DNA of 64,000 nt, from the IMG/VR virus record IMGVR_UViG_3300028840_002190. One strand, 5' to 3'. The notes beneath the pieces are model-generated. The model did no database searches and was not told the origin of the DNA. It saw only the letters and a list, made by a program, of their open reading frames with translations. A program made the position numbers and the translations under genes. Shown piece by piece: positions 1 to 8,323 of this stretch. Each line of letters begins with the position of its first letter. The stretch's first letter is position 1. The DNA is from a virus.

Positions 1-372
1 GTCGACGTTCTTCTCAGTGATACCTGGAGCATCGAGGAAGAGCTCGCGCAGTTCGGAATCCGAGTCCTGGGAGTCATCCGCGGGAGGTTCCTCTGGGGGC
101 GGCTCCACCGGAGGAGCAATCGGCTCCTTGGGAGGCTCAGCCGGAGGCGCAGGAGCAGGCGCGGGAACGGGGGCCTTCTCCTTGACAGTCGGCGTCGTCA
201 TCTCGAGTTCGCCGTTCTGGACGCCTTCCATGATCCGAGGATGGCGTGCAAGGGACGGGTGCACAGGCTTGGTCTGCCCAGCATCCAGCACCAATGGCCT
301 CCCCGTCCCATCACGAAGGCCCGAATAGGCCCTACGTGCTTGGGTCGTATTCGTCAACTTCGCGTACTTCAT
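1..372 (-). CDS. Pro-rich protein with possible C-terminal helix-hairpin-helix motif (partial, runs off window start)
   Basis: Hand translation, not in the ORF track: ATG at 372, GGAGGAG RBS at 379-385, open frame to position 1 (MKYAKLTNTTQARR...PAPAPAPPAEPP...ELFLDAPGITEKNVD). The last residues resemble an HhH LxxxPGI motif. Confidence 0.6.
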   Translation of the reverse strand, partial: MKYAKLTNTTQARRAYSGLRDGTGRPLVLDAGQTKPVHPSLARHPRIMEGVQNGELEMTTPTVKEKAPVPAPAPAPPAEPPKEPIAPPVEPPPEEPPADDSQDSDSELRELFLDAPGITEKNVD

Positions 373-436
373 TTTTGACTCCTCCAGTAGGAAGGGTAGG
401 AAAGCCACTGGCTACTCCGTCACAAGACCAGTTCGA

Positions 437-1348
437 TTAGAACTGGATCTCTTGCATCGACAGCCGGTTACCCACTCCGATGCCCAGAGCCTCGTAGCTC
501 CAGAACATGATGACGTCGGCTTCCTGCTTGATGAACAGGGTGGCGTCCTGCAGGAGATAGAAGTTCCCGAGGAAGTTGTTGGGCTTCTGTGGCGAGAAGA
601 TCCACGCCTTGTCCTGGTCGTAGATGTCACCCTTGATCGTGGTGACGACCGGGATGCCCCACAGCCGCTCGGTAGCCTCGATGCCCTGATCGAAGTGGCG
701 GGTGGCGATGTCATCACCGACCGTCACGGCGGGCAGGTCCAGCGCGTCGAAGTAGCGGTACTTCGTCATCAGCATCTTGCCGATGGGACGCCGACGACCA
801 ATCATCTTCTGCATCGCACGCTTGAACGTGGAGCTCTGGAAACCACCACCGGTACGCTGCTCGACCGGGTTGGCGTTGATGATGTCCGTAACCAGCTCGT
901 TCCACTTGCTGTCTTCCTCATCGGCCATGTCCTTGACCGAGTTGTCCGACAGGATCTTGCGGATGTCGCTGGTGTAGGTCATCAGCTCCCACTTGTTCTT
1001 CGTGAAGCGCTGAGACTCGATCTTCCCGAAGTAGATCGCATACCGCGGACCCTTGAACCAGGTGCGCGGACCAACGCCCTGGAACTGGACGAAGGTAGCG
1101 TAGGAGTCAGGCTCCTTATCGATGATCTTCTTCGGCTGATCCGTATCTTCGTCCCGGTCGATCTCTTCTTCAGAAATACCTTCCGGGGCGAGGATCTCAC
1201 GCACTGCCGCTTCTTGGCGCAGCTTCTCGCGGATGAACGCGGTGCTTTCCTCTGCGGCTTCCTTGACGCGCCCGTCCTCGATCTTCCGCACAAAGCTGGA
1301 GTTCACGAGCTGAGCGGTCACTTCCGGAGTTTCAACGTTGTAATCCAT
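437..1348 (-). CDS. Probable major capsid protein (HK97-type fold)
   Basis: 303 aa, strong GC3 codon bias, lies after scaffold-like, protease and decoration-like genes. Size and sequence pattern (KIESQRFTKNKWELMTYTSDIRKILSDNSVKDMADEED) fit a compact HK97/encapsulin-like capsid protein. Not confirmed by search. Confidence 0.7.
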   Translation of the reverse strand: MDYNVETPEVTAQLVNSSFVRKIEDGRVKEAAEESTAFIREKLRQEAAVREILAPEGISEEEIDRDEDTDQPKKIIDKEPDSYATFVQFQGVGPRTWFKGPRYAIYFGKIESQRFTKNKWELMTYTSDIRKILSDNSVKDMADEEDSKWNELVTDIINANPVEQRTGGGFQSSTFKRAMQKMIGRRRPIGKMLMTKYRYFDALDLPAVTVGDDIATRHFDQGIEATERLWGIPVVTTIKGDIYDQDKAWIFSPQKPNNFLGNFYLLQDATLFIKQEADVIMFWSYEALGIGVGNRLSMQEIQF

Positions 1349-1362
1349 GACGCGCCCTCCTA

Positions 1363-1869
1363 TTAGCGACCGTTGCTCTGCGGCATGATCACGTCGAGCG
1401 TGCCGTCAGAGTTCACACCGTTGGGGCCCACGAAACCGATGAGCGGCTCACCGGCGCCAGCGCCGACCGTCATCCTCTCGATCAAACCCGCGTCACCCAC
1501 CGTCCCCACCGTGAGGGGCTCGCCGGGATTGTACACGCCTGCCACGTACTGTTCGGTCTTCATCTCAAGACCGCCTTCGAGGCAGGTAATACGGTGCAGG
1601 AACGCACCGTCGTAATCCATGTCACCGTCGACCGCAACAGCGAACATGAACGGGTCGTTGGCCGTCCAAGTTGCGCGGTCTCCCAGGACGGCTTCACCGG
1701 CGGCGTCCATCATGACGATGGTGCCGGGGCGAATCGTACCTGGAGTCGGCGTGCCACCGGTCCCCGGACCCGGGGCACCAGAGACGTCCAGGATGACCAT
1801 AAGACTCGCAAGCGCGTTGGGGTGCGGGTCCCGGGTCACAATGTCGAAAAGAGAGTTCAGATTGCTCAT
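1363..1869 (-). CDS. Putative head decoration/cement protein
   Basis: 168 aa, Gly/Pro-rich and beta-type, directly upstream of the capsid gene; positional inference. Confidence 0.4.
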   Translation of the reverse strand: MSNLNSLFDIVTRDPHPNALASLMVILDVSGAPGPGTGGTPTPGTIRPGTIVMMDAAGEAVLGDRATWTANDPFMFAVAVDGDMDYDGAFLHRITCLEGGLEMKTEQYVAGVYNPGEPLTVGTVGDAGLIERMTVGAGAGEPLIGFVGPNGVNSDGTLDVIMPQSNGR

Positions 1870-1881
1870 CGCATCCTCCGT

Positions 1882-2235
1882 TTAAGGTCCAGTGACCCAA
1901 CTGATGAAACGCGCGTCAGCGGACTCTCCTGCGGACGCCGTCTTTTCCGTGTCTCGTTCTTCTGGACCGCCCATGGAATCCACGCCGGTAGACTCACCGG
2001 CGAACTTTCCGATCATCTCAGCCACTTCGGGGTCGAGTCCCGCGAGCTTCTCGACAACTTTCTCATCCGGGTTCTCACCGGTGATCATGCCGATCTTTTC
2101 CGCGAGGTTCTTGGCAGCCGTCGCTCGCTTCGTCTGTTCCTCGTTCTGCTTACCGGACTCGATCTGCTCAACATAGTCCGCTAGCTTCTCGAGGACCGTA
2201 GCGATCTTCGGCAGCATTTCGGCGTCGATTTTCAT
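1882..2235 (-). CDS. Head-associated protein with K-x-A motifs
   Basis: 117 aa, helical; PKIAT, EKLAD, EKLAG, GKFAG, EKTAS; ATGA-coupled to upstream gene. Confidence 0.6.
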   Translation of the reverse strand: MKIDAEMLPKIATVLEKLADYVEQIESGKQNEEQTKRATAAKNLAEKIGMITGENPDEKVVEKLAGLDPEVAEMIGKFAGESTGVDSMGGPEERDTEKTASAGESADARFISWVTGP

Positions 2236-2390
2236 CGCTTATCCTCTCCTACAAGTCGCCGACGAAGCGCGTTCAGTCCTTGGACCGCAACCAGCACCTG
2301 CGCACACTTCTGCGTACGTTCCTGCTGCACCTGCTCCGAGGCCTTGCGAAGATCGCTGGCGAGCTTCCGTAGTTGCTCAGCAGTGGTCAT
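2232..2390 (-). CDS. Small helical protein (52 aa), below ORF-track cutoff
   Basis: Hand translation MTTAEQLRKLASDLRKASEQVQQERTQKCAQVLVAVQGLNALRRRLVGEDKR; ATGA overlaps at both ends; contains RKLAS. Confidence 0.6.
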   Translation of the reverse strand: MTTAEQLRKLASDLRKASEQVQQERTQKCAQVLVAVQGLNALRRRLVGEDKR

Positions 2391-2617
2391 TTCGAAACCG
2401 CCTCTTTCACTTGCGACCCAAAATTCATGACCTCATTATAGGTCACGGGAGCAAAACTCCCATCCCTAATTTCACGAGCTACCTTAATGAGGTCCTTCGC
2501 TACCTCCGCGGACATCGAAGCTTCGGGGAGTGCCGCCGCTTGCTTCTCCAGTCGCGAAGGTTCCACAGCCGACTTCACAGCCGACATGACTTCACGGACG
2601 TTGGGCAGACGCTTCAT
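2387..2617 (-). CDS. Small head-region protein with K-x-A motifs
   Basis: 76 aa; EKQAA, IKVAR; ATGA overlaps with neighbours. Confidence 0.6.
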   Translation of the reverse strand: MKRLPNVREVMSAVKSAVEPSRLEKQAAALPEASMSAEVAKDLIKVAREIRDGSFAPVTYNEVMNFGSQVKEAVSK

Positions 2618-2712
2618 GCCGTCGCTCCTTCAACACCATAACGCTTCACCATGACCTCGTAGGCCATCTTATAAAGCTCAGCGTAGGTGCGGATGGTGTC
2701 GTGTCCGTACAT
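2614..2712 (-). CDS. Very small protein (32 aa), below ORF-track cutoff
   Basis: Hand translation MYGHDTIRTYAELYKMAYEVMVKRYGVEGATA; exactly fills the gap (1 nt after upstream stop, ATGA overlap downstream). Confidence 0.5.
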   Translation of the reverse strand: MYGHDTIRTYAELYKMAYEVMVKRYGVEGATA

Positions 2713-2713
2713 C

Positions 2714-3337
2714 TTACTCTTGAGCTTGAGCGAGCGTCAGGAGAGCCTGAACTTCGCCAGCGCCTTTGAGGAACTCGACCGACGCGGTCTTGTGGACCTC
2801 TTCCAGAGCAGCCTGCTGCCCAGCTTCGTACTCTTCAGCAGCCAGCTTCTGCAGGAACTCTTGAGCTTCCGCGTCACCGGCCTCTGCCAGCTTCACGATC
2901 TGCTGGAACTGCTCTTCCTGCGAAGCTTCTTTCTGCTGACCTTGAAGAGCCTCGGTGGCATCTGCGTGTCCCTGCTGGGCAGCTAGCTTCACCGCGTCAG
3001 CGAGAGGGCTCGTATCGATAACCGACCCGACCTTCTCGTTGAGCTCGTTCCACCGGCGATGAGCGGAGTCCGCAAACGCAATCGCGAGGTTGCGCACGTG
3101 CGACTCTTCCGCTTCCTTGTCCAGCTCGGTGAGCTCTTCGGCCATCTTCACGAGACCGTCGATGGGGTTGCCCTCGGCAACGGCAGCTTCTTTTTGCTGA
3201 CCTTCCTCGAGCAGATCACCCAAAGCCCCCTTCAGCTCGTCCGTGTTAACGGGCGCAGCAGCGTCGCCTTCGCTGGCGGTTTTCTCGCTGCCAGAACCCT
3301 CAGGATTGAATTGCTCGATCAGCTGTTGCAACTCCAT
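2714..3337 (-). CDS. Scaffold-like acidic helical protein, K-x-A rich
   Basis: 207 aa, Ala/Glu/Gln-rich; EKTAS, QKEAA, VKMAE, VKLAA, QKEAS, VKLAE, QKLAA, HKTAS; lies between protease and capsid genes. Confidence 0.55.
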   Translation of the reverse strand: MELQQLIEQFNPEGSGSEKTASEGDAAAPVNTDELKGALGDLLEEGQQKEAAVAEGNPIDGLVKMAEELTELDKEAEESHVRNLAIAFADSAHRRWNELNEKVGSVIDTSPLADAVKLAAQQGHADATEALQGQQKEASQEEQFQQIVKLAEAGDAEAQEFLQKLAAEEYEAGQQAALEEVHKTASVEFLKGAGEVQALLTLAQAQE

Positions 3338-3366
3338 TTTTTACCTCGCTTCAAGTTACGCACCCA

Positions 3367-3395
3367 ATGATAGGATGCACAACGAAGTTTTACAA
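3367..3395 (-). promoter_or_regulatory. Sigma70-like promoter TTGTAA-N17-TATCAT
   Basis: Minus-strand hexamers at 3395-3390 and 3372-3367, 17-nt spacer, 30 nt upstream of the 3337 start. Confidence 0.45.
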
Positions 3396-3404
3396 GAGAG
3401 GTTT

Positions 3405-5492
3405 TCACCCCTCCCAGATCAACACTCCGATTTTCGTTGCTACCTTATCCAAGTCCACATCAGGAAGCTCGACAGTACCGGATGGTGTCGGCATGTCAGG
3501 TTCCAGTAGCTCAGACATCTTTACTTGCTCGGCAGCCAAGTCCCGCATCGCGTCCTTGACCTTTTCGGATGCGGCTCTTGCCTTATCTTTTACGAATTTT
3601 CCGGCACGAGAGGCATGCCCTACGCCCTTCTGTACAACAGGAAGACGTCCCAGCCCTTTGAGAGCCATCGTGCCACCTACAGCGGTGATGATCGGATGCT
3701 CATGTGCGAAGCCCTCCACTCGGTCCAGTAGTCTACGAGACAACGGAAGTGCCGGGTGGCCAACGGGCTCACCACGCCGGAGGCGTGATTGGTAATCCAA
3801 TCCCAGCGCGGACATAGCTGCCAGCGTACCTAACGCAGGCAACGCAAGAGACTTGGTAACGTTACCCACGGACGCCTGCTTCGGAACCATCTCGGTGAGC
3901 GTGGGGATAGGCACCCCCTGATCAGTCATGTAGTGCGGACCCATCTTCGGGAACTGCGTCACTCCGAGTGTCCCTAACGAAAGAGCCAGCAGGGGTTTAA
4001 GCTTCCCGTGCCCTAAACGTTCAAGACCGCTCCCCAGAAGCTTATACGACCCCCCGAGAAGCGCTGCTCCTCCAAGGGCTTTCAGCAAGTTCTTCTTGGC
4101 GATCTCATCATGCGCGGAGATAGCTGCGCCTCTCGTAGTCCCGTACACCGTCCCTGTCGCGGGGTCCGTGACCGTGAGGGGAGACGTACGAGGGTCGGGA
4201 GTGTCTCTCAAAGAGGTCGGGGTGAGTTGTCGTTTCAGGTACTGGGGAATACCCGAGCGTTTCTCGAAGTAAGCGTCCACTTCTTCGGCGATCTTCGGAT
4301 CTACATGTTCGACCCCCAGGTCTAACATTCCAGACTTTACCATCTGGTCCAGAACCTGCGGGCAGTCCCCCAAGAAATCCATAATGGGACGCTGGATAGC
4401 TACGCACTTGTCTAGTACGTCGTCGCCCAGCTGCGCCTTGGGGAAGGACTTGTAGACCACGATCTTGGTAATTTCCGGCGTCGAAAGCGACATCCCACCC
4501 GCCATCAATGTGGAAAGCACCTTGTTAATTGGGTGAGCTGAGAGATTCCGCAGTGTGTCGTCTGGGAGTTCAGGAGCACACTGGGCTGAGGAGAGGATGG
4601 TCTCGCGCATGGCCTTCAAGTTGTGCACATCCGCGACATCAAAACCCTCAGTCTTAGCATCGACAGGATACCCTTGCACAATCTTGTCGATGACCGCTAG
4701 CTTACGCGCTGCAAGCTTCCGCTCCGCCATCTTATCCAGGTACTCCCCGGCGTTTGCGCCTGAAATTTCGTAGGGAGCTTCCGCGACCTTCTTCATCATG
4801 TAGGCGGTCGGGTCGGCGGGTTTGAACACCCACGAGATATCAAAGAACTTGGGCTTAGGGTTCAGAGCGCAGACGGTGCGCCCATCCGGCAACGTCTGCT
4901 TCATCTGAAACTTCAGGTGGTCGCAGTACTGCGCACGAGTAGGCGCACGGTTCCCGCAGATGTTGCACACATCGTACTTCACCCTGGTCCCCATGCTCAC
5001 AGGAGGGAATTCCCCGGCTTCTATGCGCTGGGCCAGGTCAGGAGCCTTGGCGTTGTCCAAGTCAATCAGGAGCTCTACACGGTGCATCGCCGGATTCCAG
5101 AACGCCTTCATGACCTTTCCGACGGCCTTCTTCGGATCTTTGTTTACGTGGTGTCGGTAGTTGTAACCGAACTGCTCGAAAGTCTTGTAGTGGAGCGGAA
5201 GGGTATCGTCGGGAGCAATCCATGGAGGAGACATGTCCTCTTTGAAAGGATGCTCAGGGAAGCCGTCTCCGTTCCGGTTCTCTCCGTACGTCTCCCAAGC
5301 ACTGACTGCCAAGACGTATACGATAGAGTGTCCTGGGATCGGCTCAATCGTACGGAAGTAGTCGGACCCTACGCTGGCGTACTTTGTCACCTCTTCCTGA
5401 CAGACGCGCCCGTTGGCCCAGAGCTTAACAGGTTGAACAGTGAGCTCCCCGGTGGGGAAATACGGATCCAGGTGTAAGACTTTTGAAAGCAC
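3405..5492 (-). CDS. Prohead (maturation) serine protease with Zn-finger insertion and long C-terminal extension
   Basis: HK97/herpes-type protease hallmarks: NRNGDGFP, YRHHVNKD (His), VSMGT (Ser), FFDISWVFKPADPTA; insertion CNICGN-x6-CDH. The C-terminal ~450 aa has K-x-A sites and Gly-rich hydrophobic segments. Confidence 0.75.
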   Translation of the reverse strand: MLSKVLHLDPYFPTGELTVQPVKLWANGRVCQEEVTKYASVGSDYFRTIEPIPGHSIVYVLAVSAWETYGENRNGDGFPEHPFKEDMSPPWIAPDDTLPLHYKTFEQFGYNYRHHVNKDPKKAVGKVMKAFWNPAMHRVELLIDLDNAKAPDLAQRIEAGEFPPVSMGTRVKYDVCNICGNRAPTRAQYCDHLKFQMKQTLPDGRTVCALNPKPKFFDISWVFKPADPTAYMMKKVAEAPYEISGANAGEYLDKMAERKLAARKLAVIDKIVQGYPVDAKTEGFDVADVHNLKAMRETILSSAQCAPELPDDTLRNLSAHPINKVLSTLMAGGMSLSTPEITKIVVYKSFPKAQLGDDVLDKCVAIQRPIMDFLGDCPQVLDQMVKSGMLDLGVEHVDPKIAEEVDAYFEKRSGIPQYLKRQLTPTSLRDTPDPRTSPLTVTDPATGTVYGTTRGAAISAHDEIAKKNLLKALGGAALLGGSYKLLGSGLERLGHGKLKPLLALSLGTLGVTQFPKMGPHYMTDQGVPIPTLTEMVPKQASVGNVTKSLALPALGTLAAMSALGLDYQSRLRRGEPVGHPALPLSRRLLDRVEGFAHEHPIITAVGGTMALKGLGRLPVVQKGVGHASRAGKFVKDKARAASEKVKDAMRDLAAEQVKMSELLEPDMPTPSGTVELPDVDLDKVATKIGVLIWEG

Positions 5493-5863
5493 TACAGCAC
5501 TTCCCTCAACAACTCTGAGATATACTCACGACCGAAGAGACGCACAGCTGCTGTCTTCTCGGTCTTCAGTGCACGGTCCAAAGACGCGTCCACAGCTACC
5601 GCTGCTGCGATCTTAGCTTTCATCTCATTGGGGATCTCAGGCATTTCCAAAGATGCAGCCATTTTCACGACTAGCTCGCAGACATCCCCCTCACTGTCGG
5701 AGGCGGCTTTCTCTAGGATTACGTCGTAAAGCCCGCTCGCTACCTTGGCGCAAGTTGCTTGGGTCTGCGCACTTGCGACTTCGGACGCGACTTTCACTGC
5801 GAGGACATCCATCTTACCGATGCTGTGTGCGATGCGAGAAACCTCTTCCGCAAACTTCCGCAT
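5492..5863 (-). CDS. Small K-x-A-rich virion protein
   Basis: 123 aa with seven K-x-A sites (RKFAE, VKVAS, AKVAS, EKAAS, VKMAA, AKIAA, EKTAA). Confidence 0.6.
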   Translation of the reverse strand: MRKFAEEVSRIAHSIGKMDVLAVKVASEVASAQTQATCAKVASGLYDVILEKAASDSEGDVCELVVKMAASLEMPEIPNEMKAKIAAAVAVDASLDRALKTEKTAAVRLFGREYISELLREVL

Positions 5864-5868
5864 GACTC

Positions 5869-6087
5869 TTAACCTTTCAGGTTAGCCAGCGCCAAGAGTC
5901 CGCGCGCAACTTTCCGGTTACTCAAGTGGCGAGATGCGATCTTCTCGCCCACAGAAAGAGCGATATCGCCGAACTCGAACCGTGACATCCCAGTCTGAGC
6001 TGTAGTGATCGCATCCGCGTTCCCGGTAGCCATCGCCACTTTCAGGTTTTCCGGAAGCAGTTGATCCAGGATTTCGAATTCGGTCAT
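5869..6087 (-). CDS. Small K-x-A-containing protein
   Basis: 72 aa; LKVAM, EKIAS, RKVAR; operon-coupled. Confidence 0.55.
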   Translation of the reverse strand: MTEFEILDQLLPENLKVAMATGNADAITTAQTGMSRFEFGDIALSVGEKIASRHLSNRKVARGLLALANLKG

Positions 6088-6791
6088 TGCATCCTCCCTA
6101 GAGCCTTGTTAATCGATTCTTCCGTTTTTGCCAACTGTTGAACAGTCAGAGGGTTGATGCCACCTTCCGACTGGGACGCCTCACGGAGAAACGACGTGAC
6201 AACGTTGGGATCAGTGCTGAGCGTTGGAGCAAACTTCACCATCGTAGAGTACGCCTGGATAGTGGATCCGGGATTGACGCGCTCTTGAACGGATACGATA
6301 GGGTCGTAACTCATGATGTGATCAACGATCCCTTCTCGTTTTTTGTCCAGGACCATGCGCTCTTTAACGCTTCGTGCAGTTCCCCGAATGAGCTTCCCAA
6401 GCGCTTCCAAGCCGGATTGTGCGACGCCCTTTCCAAGGGCGGACGCAAATCCTGTCTCGGCACCTCCCACTAGATCCGCATAACCGGGCAAACCCTCAGA
6501 CGCTGTTTTGTTGAGGGCTATCTTTTCTCCAAGATAGCGTTTGCGGGTGCTGAACGCTTCGAGCTCAGCGTAGACAAACTTCCCCCCGGGGGCCCCCGTG
6601 TAGTTCTGCATGATCTCTGCCTCCAGCTTACGGCCTTCTCTACCTGCTCGAGGGACAGCTGCGGCGGTACCCAACACTCCCGCGGTACCCGCGGCAATGC
6701 CGGTAGATTTCTTGGGGTTGTCCTTGATCCACTGCAGCACTTTTTTAAAAGCGCCTGGTGCAGTTTTACCTGGTAATGCTTTCGGCATCAA
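6084..6791 (-). CDS. Putative internal virion protein with Gly/Ala hydrophobic segment
   Basis: 235 aa; GIAAGTAGVLGTAAAV segment; EKIALNKTAS. Confidence 0.55.
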   Translation of the reverse strand: MMPKALPGKTAPGAFKKVLQWIKDNPKKSTGIAAGTAGVLGTAAAVPRAGREGRKLEAEIMQNYTGAPGGKFVYAELEAFSTRKRYLGEKIALNKTASEGLPGYADLVGGAETGFASALGKGVAQSGLEALGKLIRGTARSVKERMVLDKKREGIVDHIMSYDPIVSVQERVNPGSTIQAYSTMVKFAPTLSTDPNVVTSFLREASQSEGGINPLTVQQLAKTEESINKALGRMQ

Positions 6792-7597
6792 AGATCTCCC
6801 AAACTTTCCGCGATTTTCTTTTCGCAGAGGTCACACTCCTCGTACACCAGCCGTGCAGCGGCAGCAGTCTTGACGTATTTGAAAATCTCTTGGGTGTCTT
6901 GGTCCATCACTGCCACATGTCGGTCTTGGATTTCGGACAGTTGAGTATCCGGGTACGCCGCGACCTTGTCACCTGTCACCATAGCCCGCAAAGCCTGCAC
7001 TTCAGGGGCCACATCCGTATTTGCGGACAGTGCATCCTTCTCGAAAGAAGGAAACGCTTCTGCTATCTTCAAACCGTGCGCTTTTCGATAGCAGGAAACC
7101 GCCGTCTCCATAGCCATCTTCCAACGCTGGCTAGCCTGGCGTCCTTCCATTCGGAAACGGTCAGAAGCTCTCTTGAGCTGCATCGCTAACTCGGGTTTGG
7201 AATAGCGAGGCTTTTCCGGCTGAGGTTCTGCTGATGCGACTTTCACCTGTTCGATGGTGTACAGATCACTGTAGTAATCGGAAGTGCGGCTGTACCCTGC
7301 GGTCTTCTCCGAACCCACTTTCAGAGACTTAGCGTCGTCGTACAGCGCTTCGATAACAACCTCGGCGTCGCCTGGATCGAAGGTGATATTCCGATCCGAG
7401 CCTTCCTTCTGCTGAAAGACCTTTCCGAAAACTTGCACGTTCGCGACCCTCACCAGTGTGCGAATCTGCTCCGGGTTGAGGTTGTTATCAGCCGCGACCT
7501 TCTGCGAGAGTTGATTGATAGTCTGGTCGCAGTCCGGAGAAATAAACTGGGACGCAATCTTCTCAGCGGCTTTTTCGAAATCGGTCTTGACTAACAT
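6788..7597 (-). CDS. Putative virion protein, K-x-A rich
   Basis: 269 aa; EKAAEKIAS, QKVAA, EKTAG, VKVAS, VKTAA, KKIAE. Confidence 0.55.
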   Translation of the reverse strand: MLVKTDFEKAAEKIASQFISPDCDQTINQLSQKVAADNNLNPEQIRTLVRVANVQVFGKVFQQKEGSDRNITFDPGDAEVVIEALYDDAKSLKVGSEKTAGYSRTSDYYSDLYTIEQVKVASAEPQPEKPRYSKPELAMQLKRASDRFRMEGRQASQRWKMAMETAVSCYRKAHGLKIAEAFPSFEKDALSANTDVAPEVQALRAMVTGDKVAAYPDTQLSEIQDRHVAVMDQDTQEIFKYVKTAAAARLVYEECDLCEKKIAESLGDL

Positions 7598-7609
7598 ATC
7601 GCCCTCGCC

Positions 7610-8323
7610 TCAGTGGTAGATGTCACTGGGATCTATGCCCAGGTCTTCGGCGCTGATGGTTGCTTGACGTTCTTCGATAGCCATCATGGCTTCGCTATCC
7701 GCGTCGATACCACCCTCAGCATCCTTACGCGCTTCCAGATACTTGATGCTGTCTTGCATCCATAAACGCGACTGTTTTGTTACATCCGCAGTAATAGAGT
7801 TACCTCTCGCGTTCGCACTTAAATAATACGCAGTTACTATGAAGTGCTCTATCATTTTTTTGGGATCGATCTTAATGTCTTCATTCCCCATCCGGAAATG
7901 GTGTGACAAAATTTCCGGCCCGTGGGTAAGCCCCATTTGAACGCACTCGCGCCCGTGGTCAGACAAAGCCTTGTCGTTATGCAGCAGCTTGCGTACGTAG
8001 GTAAGGCGCTCCAGCTTGTTTCTGAACTGCGACGAATCCATCACCAACTTCTCAACGTGTTCCAGAACCCGCAGATCAATCTCTAGAACTTCGCTGATAC
8101 GCTCAAGGGTGGATTCACAGTAGAGGAATGCTTGGATAACTTCCCGGTGTTCACGTACGCGCACAATGTCCAAAGCGTATTCGATATCTGTGTCTTGGGC
8201 TTTTCCGACTACCACATTGTAGACATCTAAGAGATACGACCCCTTTTTAGGAGGTTTCCCCTTGTCTACTGCCTTAAGCAGAGCGTGCCATCGCCGCTCC
8301 GGGTTGATGTCCCGTGCAGGCAT
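7610..8323 (-). CDS. Hypothetical protein
   Basis: 237-aa ORF in the head operon, 1-nt overlap with upstream gene; no recognisable motif. Confidence 0.55.
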   Translation of the reverse strand: MPARDINPERRWHALLKAVDKGKPPKKGSYLLDVYNVVVGKAQDTDIEYALDIVRVREHREVIQAFLYCESTLERISEVLEIDLRVLEHVEKLVMDSSQFRNKLERLTYVRKLLHNDKALSDHGRECVQMGLTHGPEILSHHFRMGNEDIKIDPKKMIEHFIVTAYYLSANARGNSITADVTKQSRLWMQDSIKYLEARKDAEGGIDADSEAMMAIEERQATISAEDLGIDPSDIYH

